DNA of 63,056 nucleotides, filler included, from Circinaria calcarea (Eukaryota): NCBI GenBank assembly GCA_051942165.1. It is 15 parts of 15 records of this genome, joined end to end, with 100 filler letters (N's around TTAATTAATTAA, not from the genome) between each part and the next. Parts side by side here need not be neighbours in the genome. Positions count along the whole stretch, not along the records: positions 58,954 to 63,056 come from JAVECS010002474.1; 14 more parts are not named here. The stretch is one strand, 5' to 3'. Numbering within the stretch: the stretch's first letter is position 1; the number at the start of each line of letters is the position of its first letter. Of the stretch, positions 59,464 through 63,056 are shown piece by piece. The notes beneath the pieces were generated by a model, which saw nothing but the letters and a program-made list of their open reading frames with translations, was not told the DNA's origin and did no database searches. The position numbers and the translations under genes were made by a program.

Positions 59464-62400
59464 TTTGGAGAGGATAAAAGGACAAAAGTAACTGCAAAGA
59501 ACTGAACGGGGACGGTGATGGAAGATATAGGCAAGTTTCCAAGTTTCGCTAGCAAGTTGGTATTATCTTAAGAAGAAGATGGAGAAGGCACGCAAGAATA
59601 CGGCAAGAGCGATCCGCTGGAAAGGCTGACAGCGGCTATACTATAGGGGGGAGGACGAGAATGCCCGTTTCGAGTTCTGCAAAGGCAAGAAAAGCTGCAG
59701 CAGCTTACCGATGATTATATATGCGCCGATCGTATGGGGATCTCCATTTTGGGGAATGGGGATGATGCGGAGAAAGGCAAGGGGGTGATGACCAGTAACC
59801 TCGGCCATGGGATGGTTCTCCAGTTGACTGGACCGAAGGGAATCAAGCCTTTCTGGCATTGTCGCCAATTAGTCTCACCTGGGCGTCCTCGAACCACCAG
59901 TAGGATTCTGCTGGAGGGACTACCAGTGTGCTCAGGATCCAGCCTAAAGTCCATCCCGCCCTTTGATGTCATCGTGAGCCATAGCTCACCGTTAAGAACG
60001 GCCACCTCGTCACATCGCCACACCTTCAGAGGATGAAGGTCGATATCAGGCTTCACTGCATCCCATCTGGAGTACACGTGTTAGTACAACAGATCCATGT
60101 GAGCGATCGATCGCATTCTTCATAATGGGAGAAGAACCAATTCCCAGAGACTGTGCCGAACCCCCATTCCGCCCCAGTCTAGCGGGGAGGTAAAGATGAC
60201 CGATTACATGCAGGTGGTGGAAGTGCGGAGCCACCAATCAGCGACAAGACTAGAAAAGACTGGCTCAATCCATTCGAGGAAAAACGTGTTATGGACAAGA
60301 GGCTAACCGCAGCTTCGGATCCGAAATCGTAAACGTGCAGAAATGCTTGACTTGTCGTTGCATATGCAGCGAAGCTTCGCGTGAAAGCAATTTGTTCTGC
60401 TCCAGCGGACATTTCCATCCCACTCTTTGCTGGCTGCTTCCCCGGGAGAGTCGGGTGGAGATGTTTTGCTACGGAGTATTCGAGAACGAAGGACTACATA
60501 TTCCATGGTGCGTGTAGCCAACGTCAGCATCGCAATTTGTCATATTTCCCCGAACTTGTGCATCAAATCAGCCATGGCAATTGGGGAAATCCGGGGTCAT
60601 GGCGTTGGGGGCTTGAGTACCACCGTTCCGCTCTCCCCGGGACTCGGGACTCGGGACTCGGGACTCAACCTCCGAGGTCCGGGGCCGGGCGCTTTTAGCA
60701 TATAACTGGTGTCTGAAGTCGGACAAAAATGGGGAGAACTGTCAGAGTGCGCACCATCCCGTCTCCACTTGAAAGGCGGATTAAGCCATAAGTTGATGAA
60801 GTGCAGTCAACTTTGGTGTCAGAGACGCATTCCCTTCAGACTTCCAACGATCGGGCGGAGCATGTATATTGCTCAGCTATCCCATGTACCGTTTTTGCTT
60901 AGAGCACCATGCTCTTGCTGTACTTCTTTGATTATTTCCAAGATGCAGCCTGCCAATTGATCCAAAGACGTTCAGGTAGATCTCTCTCACACTGTGTTAC
61001 CATCAGACGGAATTATAGCAGTACCGGAATGGCAAATACATAGCTAATGATACAGCCACTCTTGTGTGTGTTTTCCTTAGTCCGAGGATGACTTTGCTAC
61101 TCTGGCGAACAGACTTGTAAAGGCTGGATGACTACCAATTCATAACAGACCCGCCCGAAGACTATGAAGCCCCCAATCCTCAATCCATGGTTGCCCGGCG
61201 GCTGACGGCATACCGTCGACGATATTCGAACAGCAGGCCCAGTGTACTGTGCTACAAGTCTGCCAGCACATTCACGGGAACGGCGCAACCTAATCATACT
61301 CGCATTTTTGGGAAATTTGACATCTCACCGTGAGCTTGATAAAATAATGTTCTAGATCATGATCATCCCCTACTTGCTGACTACATGTTCACTGCGGAAC
61401 TAACGCAGTAATTTGAGATTAGGTTCCGACCACTCTCTTACTACCCTCTAAAAGACGCGGTTGAAAGGAAGGATGTGGGTTGTTATTCCATGCCGACAAG
61501 CTGCTAACCGTTCCTTTCGATCCAGCAGCAACAGACAAGGTTAAAGTCCGTCCACCACAAGCTTGGCGGTCGGAATCCCCAGGAGAAGTATATGGAATGG
61601 ATTCACGGCAGGGTACATGGAAGGGTCACCTTGCCTTCCGGTCCTTTTTTTCATCGGTATATACCTGCCATGTTCGTGTTAGAACCCCCTACCGAAACAT
61701 CAGCATTATGGGAATACCTTTCTCGATCCTCCCAAACAATCCGGAAAGTCAACCTTCCAGCTAAGGCATGTACTTTAATACGAATTATAAGCACTCCCTT
61801 ATTGTTTCATGGCGGTATCAGACCACGGCTGGACGTTGTCCAATCCAGATTATTACCTTGAGCAAATAGAGGACATAGGAAGCCAGGACCAGCTATCCAA
61901 ATACCGAAGACATCATCCACAGATCATCACAGCCATTTAGTAACTCTCTAGCTGTTACACTGTTGCTTCGAAGAGTATAACGAGGAGGAAGCCATCATAA
62001 GGCAAGATTACCAGTGTGATCTTTGCGCATTCAGCTTCGTCTTTGCCGAATTAGGGGCCTGATGCATCCCCGGAAAACTTCAATGAGTCGAATCATCGTC
62101 TGCTTTGCGCTTTGAAAGCTTTGGCGTTACCTGAAAGTATATAGAATACCATAACGATCGTGCCCGCTCTTTGCCTTAAACACGATGCTCTCCGTACTCT
62201 ATTTGAAATCGGTGTTTTCGCATACACCTTGAGTGAAATAGGGTTCTTTGTATAATATACTTATATAAGAAATGGCACGGAGAGAAGAAAAGAACAGGAC
62301 AAATGCCTTTTTATTCGAGAAACGATAAAACACACTCCTCCCTAAGGTACCGTCTCTTTTAGTCTTCAGCCCAGAGAAAATTCACTCGAGATCATAACTT

Positions 62401-62638
62401 ACCCAATATAGCTAGCGCCTATAATCCCTGTCCTTCCCTGCATAAGACGCTGTTCCTGTGGGCCTGTTTTGTCGCGTCAATTTTTCCAGCCTGAAGCGTG
62501 AGATCCAAGCGTCACCACTTCTCGCGCAACGCCTCCTCTCAAATCTTATCTACTCTCTACTATTGACCACGAAAGCCAACAATTTCTAACCCACATCTGT
62601 GTTCACCGAATACAAGTACAACATACCACTACCACTAA

Positions 62639-63056
62639 ATGGCACTCAAGCGTAAACGTTCCGTCTCGGCCTTCTCCCCCTTTTCCGACTCCAGCAGCGG
62701 TGCCTCGTACTCCGAACGCGAAACCTCCTCGAGCCCGACGCCTTTCCACCAAACATGCTCCGCTTACTCGGACGACGATACGGCAATGGGTGGTACGGGT
62801 CATCAATCACATCAGATCGATAATTGGGCCATGACGATTAGCCCAATGGCGGACGTGACGCCGCAGCACTTGCACAGCCGGACGCGGAAACGGTTTCGAG
62901 ATGGGAGACCCGAGGAGAGTGTTGTACACGGTATAGCCCTTCATTCTTTACGCGCTTGCCGCATGAGAACAAATGCTGACACTTTTGTTTAGAGAACACA
63001 TACCAGAAACTCTTCTCCGCCCAACACTCACCCATGCCCCACGCCCACCCCACACC
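62639..63056 (+). CDS. Hypothetical fungal protein, 5' part
   Basis: MALKRKRS...HLHSRTRKRFRDGRPEESVVH, intron at about 62931-62992, then ENTYQKLFSAQH. Confidence 0.7.

Noticed and set aside
60639..60666. GGGACTC x4 minisatellite upstream of the acetate transporter
   Set aside because: A short simple repeat with no supporting evidence of function.

Overview
This window is not one locus. It is 15 unrelated contigs of about 4.1 kb each, sorted by decreasing length (4118 down to 4103 bp) and joined by identical artificial 100-bp linkers (N44-TTAATTAATTAA-N44). Short GT-AG introns with CTAAC/CTGAC-type branch points, the gene families and a RIP signature point to a filamentous ascomycete (Pezizomycotina) draft assembly. 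Housekeeping genes: DUF866/CZIB, a mitochondrial PPR protein, a zeta-crystallin quinone reductase, a class III sirtuin, ICP55, MRP51, syntaxin-18/Ufe1 and an Ady2/GPR1 acetate transporter. Accessory and immune-type content: an alpha/beta-hydrolase-NB-ARC-TPR NLR whose 126-bp repeat array carries a RIP-like CGA>TGA stop, a zinc-finger protein with six near-identical ankyrin repeats, a second TPR fragment, a frameshifted GC-rich amidoligase-family gene, a PD-(D/E)xK-like protein, an SDR plus DUF3425 regulator pair embedded in RIP-mutated LTR debris, and an MFS pseudogene with three lesions. Mobile DNA: a 173-bp solo LTR with a perfect 5-bp target-site duplication, a 620-bp LTR with a split 18-nt tRNA-Ala-like primer-binding site plus a RIP-mutated second copy, and a possible Helitron 3' end. 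About 3 kb of contig 9 has no interpretable gene or repeat structure. I cannot support a multi-gene novel system here, because neighbourhood across linkers is meaningless. The most notable items are RIP acting on NLR and ANK repeat arrays, the split primer-binding site, and the amidoligase and nuclease-like orphans.
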